A stretch of 64,000 nt of DNA from Felis catus (taxonomy: Eukaryota), in assembly GCF_018350175.1 (NCBI RefSeq), contig NC_058368.1, positions 135,286,001-135,350,000 on the forward strand. The letters are read 5' to 3'. Below, piece after piece: positions 50,511-62,789 of this stretch (positions are counted from its first letter, which is position 1; each line of letters opens with the position of its first letter). The notes beneath the pieces were generated by a model. It searched no databases. It saw only the letters and a program-made list of their open reading frames with translations, and was not told where the DNA came from. The position numbers and the translations under genes were made by a program.

Positions 50511-50894
50511 CTGGAAGCCGAAGGCAGGGAAAGAGGATGTTTTCTCCAAACCATCTCCTCCTGCTTCCTCGGTCACCCCCAGCCGGCCCTGCATCACCAG
50601 CCCCCCCGCCCCGCCCTTCTGATTTCAGCCTTCTCCGTATATCCACATCTATGCTCCTCCATGCCCATGCTGTTTCTCTCATGCATTAAAATCTCCCGGG
50701 GTGAGTATTCACACCGCCCCCAAGCTGGGCCATTTTCCCTGAATAAAGACTCTTGAACACCTTTTAGCAGGAGGTTGTGACCTCTCTGGCAGCACAGAGC
50801 AGGTCTAATTCATCTTTCTCTCTAGAGCCTACCGCTAGTATATGGTAAGTTTTCATTAAGCCTTAATATTAATAGCAATGGTAATAATAAATAT

Positions 50895-51125
50895 AGAACA
50901 GCAAGCATTTCTTGAGCACTTATTTCCCACCAAGAACTCTGATCTCATTTGCATCATCTCATATGGGCTTCAAAAATGCACTGCAAGAGAAGGAGTATAA
51001 TCATCCCCACTTTAAAGATGAAGACACTGAGGTTTAGATCGATCATCGGCTCAAGATCACACACACATAGGTGGGAAGAAAGAGAATGAAACCAGGGTTC
51101 CTCTGACTCCGGAGCTCAAGCTCTT
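50895..51125 (-). mobile_element. MIR, near full length
   Basis: atcatccccactttaaagatgaagacactgagg...caagatcacac...ctgactccggagctcaagctcttt. Confidence 0.8.
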
Positions 51126-52244
51126 TAGTCTTTTGATAAATGAATTTAATTATGCATTCAACTCTTTTAACCCTTAGGGGCTGCCAACAGGAATCCCACA
51201 GACAGAATAAGATGAACAGTCTACTCCTTTGAAAACTTTCTGGCTACTCCGATTTCTCTCTATCACTGACATTTTCGGCACCAGAGAACTACACTGCCAG
51301 CAGATAATGTTGTTTATGAGATCAGCACTTATCTATTTCGGTGCCACGTAGGAGTGTAGCAAACAGGGCACTTGCAATTTTACACTGTGTTCTTCTTATG
51401 GTGGGCTCCCATTTAACCAGTGTTTGACAAGGGAGAACCAAACAAGACCCAGGCAAGGAACGCGAAGTTGCACCCTGGTTCTAATTCATGCAGCAATCAC
51501 AATGCCTTTCACGTGGTGTTTATTCTGCTCCCATTTACCTCTCTGGCATAATCACCATCAATTGAGCTTCCAGTTGGTTCTGCACGCTGAGCAGGTGATG
51601 AACAATTTCCAGGCGCTAACTTCAACCTGCAAATGGCTCCATCATCACTTCCCCACACATACTCTCGTATGTTCCCAGGTGTTATGTAAAGTTCAGTTAC
51701 TAAGCTTTCTGGGCTGTGAGCTGCCTGTCTTCCTGGAACTATGTAAGCAAGACGAGAAAACTGTAAGCCATTAGCTTGCTTCTAAGATTTGGAGACGTGA
51801 GGCTTAACTGAGGTTTACTGGCAATTGACTTTGTCCTTATTCCAAATCCTTCCAGCTCTGGCCCCCATTAAGTTTCTTTGAGTACACCCTCTTCTCCTCC
51901 CATTTCCCAATACACTACAGTTTCTTTTCTGGGGCTGAATCATAAATTACAAGGTGTAATCTAAAGGAAAACATTTATTTTGGAGTCTCATTAACTCAGA
52001 GAAGAGCGATAGTGTTTATTCCCAGCATGATGGACTGGACTCCTGCAGACGTGAAAAAGGCCAAGCCCTCTTCCTAATCCTTAAACACACATACACACAC
52101 ACAACATAGTTCATATTCACAACAGTGAAAGTACCCAGACATACAGAGGTAGCCAACACTTCACTAAAGACAGCCTCTTACTCTACAAACACCATGTTTG
52201 AAGCTCCTTTTAGTGATTTACTAGCAACCATACATAATTATTCC

Positions 52245-52840
52245 CCCTATGTGCCAGATATTGTCTCTCAGCTCCAAATCTCAGCCCCTTACACTCTGCT
52301 CAGTGATTCTGGGGCTGGAATGCTACAAACCCCATTTGCCCTTTGCCAGATGCTCTATATTTGACTCTGTCAACAGGGGACACTGGAAGGAAACTGCAAG
52401 GTAGAAGTCAGGAGATTCAACATTCTCCTTCCTATTTGCTTCTTGTACCTGTTAGCATCACCCCACACTGGGCCCTCATCCCAGAAAGGACATATGGTTC
52501 CAATCTCTTGCTTCTTTGTGCCCCATTCAGAAGCAGCCTTATCCCTCCGCAGCCCCATGGCCTTGGCCCTGAACTGCTGAGGTATCTGCAGCTGGTGATA
52601 CCCCCTCCTCAGGTCTGAGCGCCAGCTTTGTGAAACTCTTCTCTGAGCCTCCAGATTCGGATCAACCCCACCCCTTCCCTTTGTTTCCCAGCCCTGGGAG
52701 TGCCAGCTGCTTTGTGCTATTCTTACCTCTGTGTTACCTTGGTGCTCCCTTTTTGCTTTTTCTAAAACATGCTTAACCAATTCCCTACCTTCAATACTCT
52801 CTGTTGAAAGCCCTATTGTGGTTTCTGACTGGCTCCAGTA
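52245..52840. mobile_element. ERVL-type solo LTR (LTR41/LTR33-like)
   Basis: ctctcagctccaaatc...actctgctcagtgattctggggctgga...ctttgccag resembles the recalled consensus; accounts for the 163-aa minus-strand ORF. Confidence 0.6.
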
Positions 52841-54269
52841 GGTAACCCCTGAATTAACCATTTCCTGTGCGCTACCTAATCTCTGAGCAAAATCCTAACC
52901 ATTTTGCTCCTGAAAAACTTGTCTTCTACCAGCCATATCTTCTGATTCTCACAATGTAATACCTGGTTGGTAATTCACATTAGTGGATGGAGCTGGAGGA
53001 CAGGGCAAAACGTCAAGGATCCTGTACCCCAAGAACCAGAGGCAGAGTCTGAGCATGCATTCTCAGTTGGCCCACTTGTGGAATGGAGTGCAGGGAGATC
53101 AAATAAGAGGAAAGTTCCCTGTCAGTCTACTTTAAAGTAGAACAAGTAAATGAAACTTCTTGCTAAAATACTTGGAAAACAGGATCAGAAACTAATGAGC
53201 TAACTCACATTTTAATAATCCCAGGAATGCAGAATGACCTAATAAATAGATAAGTTACAGACACTTTCACTAGGCACAAGGAAGAAACTACAGCTCGATA
53301 TTACCGTCTCCCTGAACTCATTCTTTTCCACAGTCTATGAAATCCCACCTCTTGAGATTCACTTTCTTGGCTCACCTCATAGATTTCTCCAAGGCCTTTG
53401 TCTAGAATTGCAGTGAGGGGAGTGACTTATGACTTACAGTCTTTAGCACTTCAACAAGAAGTGGCCTGTCATCTGCCTTTTACTCAGAGTGGCTAGCTGA
53501 GATAAGAGCTTTGAGAAGATGGGAATATTTCATGAAAAGAAATGAGAAAGGATAATTCTGCTGCACTCAGTAGGGCTTCATCAGACACTCTTAAGTGTGA
53601 ATCTTGGGTCTGCCCCTTTCTAGCCCAAGCCTTGATTTCCTCAGCTTCAAAATGGGAGTGATAATGACCTTGCAGGACCTTTGTAAGGATGAGATCTAAC
53701 ATATGGAATGTCCTTGGCTTAATGTCCTGGCAGGGCAGAATCCTTTGGCCATGGATATTTTTTATTAAACCTGACTTGGCAGGAATCATATTAGCTGTCT
53801 AAGACTCTAGCAAAGTCCCACCTTTTTTTTTTTTGAAACAGCAAGTGTAACCTTGGACTTCTGTCCCATCATATCTGGGGGCAAAGGACAGAACTGCTGA
53901 TGCCTTCTCTCCCAGTGCCCCTCCTCTCAGGCCAAGAGGAAGAGCAACTACATCTCCTTGACCTCCAGAAAAGATCAAGGGTGCCTGTGTGGCAAAAAGT
54001 TCACTTCCCAGGCCTCTGCCCTACCCAGAGGCCATCATGCCACTGTGGTGCCATTAGTGTGATTCTAGGGAGCCGGAAGGAGAATTTGGATTTGGGTGAT
54101 GAGGGTAAAAGTGTGGCAGACCTCACTCAGGCTACTTCCCAGCCCCACTCAGGGCTATCACCTACAAAGGGTCTGGTCACTCTTCCCTCTCTCTGCTTTC
54201 CCATATACGTTTATAATCTATATAATTATGCCATTATATCATTTTTAACCAACACAGTAGCAAGGGCAT

Positions 54270-54470
54270 AATAAGCCCAACACCAACACATTCTAGGCAC
54301 TTTCTCGGTGCTTACCCACATTAATTCTCAAAACACCACCATAAGGTAGTTATTATTACCCATTTTACAGTTGAGGGAATTTAGGCCACAATAAGGCAAG
54401 TAACTAGTCTGCTATCGCACCCTAAGTAAGGGGTTGACTCCAAAGCCCACATTCCTTTCCATGATATGAC
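54270..54470 (-). mobile_element. MIR
   Basis: ttattattacccattttacagttgagggaatttaggc...gactccaaagccc. Confidence 0.75.
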
Positions 54471-56789
54471 ACTTTTCCATTAAGTCTGCCCTACCCGCCC
54501 CCCCAACCCCACCAAGGAAGGCCCTTGGTAATCCTTGGCAGGATCTCCTAGAACTTTTGCTATTCGGTGAGAAAAGGGTGAGGGCTCCCAAGCAAACTCC
54601 AAGCTTTCTTCTTCCACCCTAACTGGAGTATTATTTCAACAGATAATACCTCAATTGTAAATGTAGCCCTTGGATCTTAACAATGAAATATGACACATAA
54701 GGACCCATGTACTTTGGAACAGAAATCAAAACTGGCCTGGGGAGATGCAGGCCAAGGGCAAGCAAGGGCCACATCACTGCCTCTTGTACATCCAGCCTTC
54801 ACTTGATGCCAGGCGGGCTCAGACCTCCCGGCTGGTCTCACTTCTCCTCCAAGTGGACAGGCTCTGTTGGAACCTGTGTGTTCCCTTAGAAACAGAAGCA
54901 GTTTTAGATGGTTGGAAGGCAAGGGGCTGAACTTTTGTCTCTTGACTTTCTCATTTTGTTTTATCCTTTCCGTACACACTTTTTTGTTTGTTGTCTTTGG
55001 GGTCCTCCTTTTAATGGACAATGATGTTATTTGGGGTTAATTTCCTTCAGAACTGGGTTGCTTTTGAGCAAGTGATTAAGAACCTTCTTAAACTCCTCAC
55101 AATCCCGAACCTCAGGAAAGAAAACGGTTTCTCCATATTGGTTTGTTGTCCTTTCCTCTCCCTTAATCCATGTCAAAATAGTACTGGGGAGAAGGTTCAA
55201 ATAGGCTGGGCCCCCATGATCCTGGCCACTGAGACCTTTCCCACCAGCACCATTTGAATCAGACCTTGTTTTTCGCTTCTACCTGCACCTAAGCCGACAC
55301 AGGCCACAAACTGCAGCTGGGAAGGAAACTCTCGCCAGCTACTCCCATGGAAATAAGTGGCCCTGTTGAGACCACTTCGGAGCCCCAGCCAAGTCGAAAA
55401 CAATGCTCCTCTCCTGGCCTCATCTTGCCTAATGTCCTTCTCTCCCAGCTAGCTGCTTGGGCATATCACCTCTCAGCTGACTGTTTACCCAATTCGACTT
55501 CAAACAGAAAATGCCTATTCCTGTTGGTCTAATAAAATTTCATCTGCTTTTTCCAAGCCCCAAGGCAGAAGTAATTTTGGTAAAAAGTGCTCAAATAGCA
55601 CTAATCTAGTGTGTGTGTGTGTGGGGGGGGGGTTAACATGCTGGATTTTTCTCAGACTTTCCTCAGTCTATTTAATTAATATTTACTAATAAGTAATGCT
55701 ATTAACACTTCTTTACTTGATTCCAGAAATACTTATTGAGCAACTACTACCTTTTGTGTACAATGCTAGGCACTGAGAGGGTGCCAGTGAACGAGTCACA
55801 AAACCTATCCTTACTGAAGAAATCGACTCAGAGTGGAAAAAACCCACATGATTAAACAATCTTCACCATGTATAGCTTGCCTGTCATCGGTAACAGAGTC
55901 ACCAGGCATTTTCCATTAAAACGCTAAAAAATTCCTGCGGTAAGACATTAATCTCATCTTATAGGCCATATCCAATCAGTCCTGATCTTGGCAGTCGATT
56001 TCCTTGCATGTACAGAGCTGATAACAATGTCCATTAAGACACAACATGGAAAAGTGTTTTCTTTTCCCTAACAGGCAAGCATGGAAGAGTTTCCATTATC
56101 CATTACACATACTGACAGTTTTTCTGATCCAAAACAGCTGTGGCCCTGAAAAGACTGAGGGCTGTGTTTCGATTCTGTTTCAGGGCCAATTAAGAGCCTG
56201 GCCTTTGTGATGCCAATGTTGGCACCTCTTCTGTGTCCCTCATTGGCACCTTCTCACATGTCCTTTTTCTGTTTGTTTATGTGCATCCTCCTGACAACAG
56301 AATGGGCCTGGAGGCAAAATCCAAATCCAAATGGTCTGGGGAAGCAAATCTTAGCACAGGGCCTCCCAGCCCCTGGACCTCACTAGACTGTCCCACAGTG
56401 GCTTCAGATCAATCCTGTTTCCTGTATGCAGAGATAATTAATGAGATGGTGGGGAGGGGTGGTTCTCAACAACTGGCAAGGCACTCAGCTGAATATAGCA
56501 AAGGCATGGCCCAGCCTCTCAGGGAACTCGTGATGTAAAGCCAAAGACCAGCATACAAATTTATTCAAACTCTGAGGGAAAAATAGGGAATTGTGGTTGG
56601 AGGAGATGAAAGGGAAATTATACTTTGAGGATAATAATTGACCCTGTCTCATCTAATGAGGTAAATACACAACAGGGCACACATGAATTATGTTGGAAAT
56701 GACATACTAGAATAAAAAAAGGGGGAAAAAACTAACATCCATATAGAACTTGAACACATGAATTCACTTGTATCATCTATTTAATTCTC

Positions 56790-56920
56790 AGCCTCCATGC
56801 TCACTGGGCCTCTTTATCATGCCCTTTGTTACAGATGAGAAAACTGAGAGTCAGAAACAGTAAGTAACTTGCCTGTGGAGCCACAAGAGGTGAGACACCA
56901 CCTTTGGGCTTGACCTGCAC
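56790..56920 (-). mobile_element. MIR
   Basis: ttacagatgagaaaactgagagtcagaaacagtaagtaacttgcc. Confidence 0.75.
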
Positions 56921-57107
56921 AGCCTGCCCCCATGCCAGGCTTCCCCTGGAGAGCACAGGCATTGACTGAGGCTGAAGATAGGCTCTTGTGCCCTGAGAGG
57001 CAGTGGAGAGCCAGTGAAAAGGAAAATGAAATGACAGAGGGAGAAGTGACTTGACCTACATGAACTGGGGCAAGGTAAAAGGCAGGATAAAGAGTATATA
57101 GAAAAGA

Positions 57108-58201
57108 TCCCCAAAGGCAAGGGAATTAAAAGCAAAAATGAACTACTGGGACCTTATGAAGATAAAAAGCTTCTGCACAGCAAAGGAAACAACCAACAAA
57201 ACTAAAAGGCAACCAACGGAATGGAAAAAGATATTTACAAATGACATATTGGACAAAGGGCTAGTATCCAAAATCTATAAAGAGCTCACCAAACTCCACA
57301 CCCGAAAAACAAATAATCCAGTGAAGAAATGGGCAGAAAACATGAACAGACACTTCTCTAAAGAAGACATCTGGATGGCCAACAGGCACATGAAAAGATG
57401 CTCAACGTAGCTCCTCATCAGGGAAATACAAATCAAAACCACACTCAGATATCACCTCACACCAGTCAGAGTGGCCAAAATGAACAAATCAGGAGACTAT
57501 AGATGCTGGCGAGGATGTGGAGAAACGGGAACCCTCTTGCACTGTTGGTAGGAATGCAAATTGGTGCAGCCGCTCTGGAAAACAGTGTGGAGGTTCCTCA
57601 GAAAATTAAAAATAGACCTACCCTATGACCCAGCAGTAGCACTGCTAGGAATTTACCCAAGGGATACAGGAGGACGCACTCTCAACAATAGCCAAATTAT
57701 GGCAAGAGCCTAAATGTCCATCAACTGACGAATGGATAAAGAAATTGTGGTTTATATACACAATGGAGTACTACATGGCAATGAGAAAGAATAAAATATG
57801 GCCCTTTGTAGCAACATGGATGGAACTGGAGAGTGTCATGCTAAGTGAAATAAGCCATACAGATAAAGACAGATACCATATGTGTTCACTCTTATGTGGA
57901 TCCTGAGAAACTTAACAGAAATCCATGGGGGAGGGGAAGGAAAAAAAAAAAAGAGGTTAGAGTGGGAGAGAGCCAAAGCATAAGAGACTCTCAAAAACTG
58001 AGAACTGAGGGCTGATGGGGGGTGGGAGGGAGGGGCGGGTGGGTGATGGGTATTGAGGAGGGCACCTGTTGGGATAAGCACCGGGTGTTGTATGGAAACC
58101 AATTTGACAATAAATTTCATATATTAATAATAAAATAAAATAAAATAAAATAAAATAAAATAAAATAAAATAAAATAAAATAAAATAAAATAAAATAAAA
58201 T
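57108..58201 (+). mobile_element. 5'-truncated felid-type LINE-1: disabled ORF2 C-terminus, 3' UTR and tail
   Basis: Translates to [18 protein letters not shown]...[15 protein letters not shown] and cysteine-rich [15 protein letters not shown]; premature stops; G-rich 3' UTR; (TAAAA)n tail; 18-bp TSD at 57090 and 58202 with 2 mismatches. Confidence 0.97.
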
Positions 58202-59639
58202 AAGAGTGTAGAGAAAAGAAAGCTAAAAGGGAATAAAAGAGCATCTGATTTCACTCAAGATTTGGTGGCCCTGGTGACTGAGTCTCTCACTTTTGTGACC
58301 TCCTGCCTTCTCCCTGTCCCTCCCTGCTCTCTTCTTTCTTTGCTCTCCTAGAGAGCTACCCCCTGACCTCTCCAGCACCACATATTCACATAGCAGGGCA
58401 CATCTGCCAGATGTTAACCACAACTCTTCCTCTCTTCCTGTGATCTCAGACTTTTGGAAGAGTCCCCCAAAAAACAAAACCATAGTTTTAAAGATGCTGG
58501 ACCATTCTTGCAAGACTTACAAGGGAGTAGAGATTGACCCCTAAACACACCTCTAGCCCATTTAAAAAGTTCATGCTGAGGAGTGAAGAGAGAGAATTTC
58601 TCTGGAGACCGTTACCAATGCAACATGCACTTACCACCCCGACTCGGACCCTAGAGAAGAGGCTTGAAGGGGACCATTTGAGAGCTTGGTCTACATTTCC
58701 TGGATTGTAAAGGGCATAGAGACTGGTCTGTGACTCACACTGCCTTTGCTAGAATCTATCTCAACCACATATTAGGTAACCAATAAATATCTGTTGCATG
58801 ATTGAATAGATGAATGAGTGAATGAATGAACACCTGAAAAGTGGAAAAGTGAGAGGCTATGACCCAACTAAAGAAGAGACAGGCAGAGGAGACATGCACA
58901 TTAGTACACAACAGTTACAGAAAGCACATCAACACGTGCTTGCACAAAAGCTTATAGAATGAATGAACACAGTGAGGAAACCAAGGCTGTATATCAACTA
59001 AACATGCTTTCATCATATTAGACATTTTGGCAGAAAATGCCACAATGGCCCAGGAATTCTCCCCATCTTCCTTAAATAGCTCTGGCCTCAATCCTTAGGA
59101 GGAAGACCAGAGAAAACACAGGAAACATTCCAGATGGAAAAAAAAAATCTCTGGACATAAAAGTGGTTATCTCTGGTTGATAAGAGATTCTGGTCCCTGG
59201 GTCTTCACTGACTTGCCTCTGTCCTGGTGTGATTTTTTCTTCTACTCCTAAATGTTCGACTTTAACCTCAGTCCAGTCCTTGCTACATCACAACTGTTGA
59301 CAATAGAAGGGAAAGGTGACAGAGTCTCACTCCCCACTCCAATCAGCACACTGAGAACCTTGTGCAGCACATCAGCCTGGAGATCCAGGTGAAGTCCCCG
59401 CTGTTGTTCCGGCAGTGAACGGCATTTGTCAGTATGCATCAGCTCTTTTAACAAGACTTTGTTTACTCATGATGAAAATCCTCCATTGCAATTTAGCAGT
59501 GAAACTGCATTTATCACCTATCCTAATGCCCCAGAACAATTCCTGAATTAGACCCTGTATCTGTGCTCCAAGATTCTCCATAATCAACAGTGTGCTTCCA
59601 TAAATACATCCAATTCAGCTACAGTAATAAAAGAGAAGT

Positions 59640-60430
59640 ATGGATTTTCATGCAAACATACATTTGAAAGAGCAAATGTAAATGAGAATCCTCAAGGTGT
59701 GCCTTTGCACTTGGACTTTGAATGCCGTTCACCAGGATGGATTCCCAATCCTTCCGATGCTCTCACGAAGAGAAAGATCAAACCAGGTTCCGACAGTGAC
59801 CCACACCAAATCTCACCATACTTCCAATATCCAAGTGATCAGACGAAAGCAGCCAGGGTAAACAAGTACAGGCTATGTGATTTTCAAGATCTATTTATCC
59901 AGTCCTATTTGCAATAGGGAGAGATTCCAAGGCAAGGAAATTCCAGAAGGCCCCATATGAGGAGCCAAGCCTTTGATATAACTTTCTGTCGCTCTTTGCT
60001 TCCCCATGCAAATCTCTCATTACTCCATCCAAATAACTTTCAAAACCACAGCTTCCTCTGTGTCTTGCAAGAAGAAAATCTGTGCACTTGTACTGGGGTA
60101 AGCGGTGTACCAAGTACCTGCCCTCACTCCTCCCGTCATCTGAAGGGAAGGAGGCCTGAGCCCATCAATAGCTTAGTTCAGCTTGTTCCTGAATGAAAAG
60201 GGAGGATCAAAGGGCCAGAAATATTCATTTATGAGGAAAAGCAAAAGAATTAAATATGCAGAACTTGGCCAAATGACGCCAAAAGGGGGAAATAAATACC
60301 AATGAATATTTGAAGGGTGTAACCAAGCACCAGAAAGAGGGACTTTTTAAAAAAGATGGTTCAAGTGGTTGTAACTAGGAGAGACTGAGGAAAGCAAAGG
60401 AAAATCTGAAATTAAAAAAAAAAATTCTAC
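59640..60430 (+). mobile_element. CR1/L3 3' ORF2 fossil
   Basis: About 60200-60320 reads (with a frameshift) IKGPEIFIYEEK/ELNMQNLAK*RQKGEINTNEYLKG, resembling the CR1 C-terminal motif IKGLExxxYEERLKELxLxSLxKRRLRGDxIxxxKYLKG; 5' boundary uncertain. Confidence 0.65.
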
Positions 60431-61349
60431 CTCAGCAAAGGCTCTAATACAGAGGAAACTGGTTTCAATACAACCTCCAGACTAAAAGCTTCTACTCTCT
60501 CTACAATTTCTATGTTTCCACTTCCAATCCATTTCTCAGATGTGCTCATGTTGACTTAGAAATATAAGCTTGAGTGTTGCCTCTTGGGTCTATATTTCCT
60601 ATGTATTTTCTGCATGTACTTTGTTGCCTCTGGTGTCTATTTTCTCTGCACTTCCTGTGTGCACTCCCTACTGTGTGAGCTGGAAAAGGCCTGGTCTTGC
60701 AGCACTAAAGGCCAACAAGTGTGCATCATTTCCAGAGCAAACAAATAAGTTCAGTAATGATGATTTTAGGAATACAATACCAAGCAAAGAATCCCTCCAT
60801 GTTAGTGACTCCTACACCTCAAACAGACCTGAAGTAAGTTCTGGAAGAGACCTAAGGGCTTCTCAGTCTTCTCCAAGCTCTCTGGAGGGGAGATGGCTGA
60901 AGTCAGCTGAATATAGCCAGAAAATACATCTTAACAGTTTTCTCCTGAGATATACTATATGGCAAGTCCTTCTGGAATTTCTAGATGGAAAGAAATATGT
61001 ACAGTGAGAACAGCTTTTCTGAGAGTCTTTCGACACATTTATTCCCAGATGGGCTCAGTGCAAAAGTGAAAATTACATTTTTAAGGAGTGAAGAAAATTT
61101 CAACAAAGGTTTGGTTTAAGTTTAAACTGAAGATGTAGGCCTCTCTTTCACCTGATTGGTTTGTGAGGGGGTCTAAGCTTTAGTTACAAGCTCGTATTTA
61201 GCTCATGCTCTGCAGCAGAAAGGACACTAAACTGTCAATCTGTAGAGTTCAAATTCCTCCTTCATCATTTAAATATCCAAATGACCTCAGATAAGTCACC
61301 TTTCTTTTCCAGACCAGTTTCCTTACATCTAAAAAAGGGAATTAGACTA

Positions 61350-61593
61350 AACTGGTGGGTCTTTTTTTTAAAACGTTTTTTTCTTAGGCAGCAGAATCCC
61401 TTTTTAAATATAATATGGCAGTAAAGCCCAATAATATAAACTGCATCAAAATCTTTCTGTTTAGAGGCGCCTGGGTGGCCCAGGGGATGAAGTGCCCAAC
61501 TCGATTTTGGCTCAGGTCATGATGTCAGGACCAGTGGTGAGATGGAACCCCGTTTCTGTGACAGCACAGAGCCTGTTTGGGATTCTCTCTTTG

Positions 61594-61650
<57 letters not shown>

Positions 61651-61835
61651 ATAAATAAACTTAAAAGAACTCTTTTTTAAACCTTTCTGGTTAAAACAAA
61701 ACTGAGTGACCCAGAACTTGACCCCACCCACAAATCCCACACTGAAGATCATGACTCTCAATATGCCCTCAGAAACCGGAGAGGCACCTCCCATGGCCAC
61801 CATCCCTCCCCAAAGAGAGCACTTTGGAAGTCACT
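61350..61835. mobile_element. hAT-Charlie MITE (MER103-like), interrupted by a SINE
   Basis: ggcagcagaatcccttttt...aagcccaataatataaa...ctggttaaa and terminal ctttggaagtcact. Confidence 0.45.
61464..61678 (+). mobile_element. Older Can-SINE with long (CT)n
   Basis: Diverged head, (CT)n at about 61597-61647, degenerate TSD. Confidence 0.92.
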
Positions 61836-61984
61836 AGATTCCATGTTTTTCAGGTCTTTTCCAACTCTCGTTCTCTAGGATTTAAATAGCAGCAAGCAAG
61901 GCAGCAAGCTGGGTAATAGTAACACAGTTGGTCCTCAAGACCCTGCTGATTAATGGATTAAAATGACAGGAACTGGTGGCCCAA

Positions 61985-62210
61985 GGGGCACCTGGCTGAC
62001 TCCAGTCAGTTGAGTGTCCAACTTCGGTTCAGGTCATGATCTCATGGTCCGTGAGTTTGAGCCTCACGATGGGCTCTGCACTGACAGCTCAGAGCCTGGA
62101 GCCTGCATTGGATTCTGTGTCTCCCTCCCTCTCTGCCCCTCCCTCACTCACACTCTGTCTCTTTCTCTCTCTGTCTCTCAAAAATAAATAAAACATTTAA
62201 AAATTTTTAA
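61985..62210 (+). mobile_element. Can-SINE
   Basis: Head, CT tract and tail; no clear TSD. Confidence 0.95.
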
Positions 62211-62789
62211 GACGAATAAAGTTCAAAATCTGAAGGAAGCACACTCACAAGACAAAGAGGCATAAGAACAGAAACAAGAAAGTTGACCTCCAATCTCTCT
62301 TGCTCTCTCTCACTCTCTCTCACTCTCTCTCTCTTCACCAGCCCCTTCCCTCTCTTCCTCCCTCCCTCTTCCTTTCCTTCTTCCTCACATTCCTCAAACC
62401 AAGCCCAGAGGAGACCCAAAAGCCAGACAGATGCCCAAGGCCATGCCTCATGGGATGTAATACAGAGAAATATGTGTTGAAGAACTGGGGCCAGGTAAGC
62501 CAAAACTCACAGAGGTGGGCCCAGGGAGGCTCTAAAACTAAGCACAGAGGATCAACCAGGAGGGTGTTCAGGTGCTCACTGGGTTTTGGGTGCCTCTAGC
62601 CTCAGATTTAAACACTCTGGAAAGAGGAGGGTGTCCAGGGGAATCCGGAGCAGAGAAATCTGAAGGCTTCCCCAAAAGCTCACCCAGCAATTTAGGCTGG
62701 CTTCACAGGAAAAGGGACTGCTCATCAACCAGCTGTCCAGCTTGAAGATGACGCTCTTACACACGTTGTTAAGCTGGTCCCACCCATCA

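Noticed and set aside
52370..52861. Longest ORF in the track (163 aa)
   Set aside because: Lies within an old LTR remnant and shows no protein-family features
53126..53141. Perfect 16-bp palindrome tctactttaaagtaga
   Set aside because: About one such palindrome is expected by chance in 64 kb
57138..57410. 90-aa ORF with real protein homology
   Set aside because: Fragment of L1 ORF2 in a truncated, stop-containing copy; not a host gene
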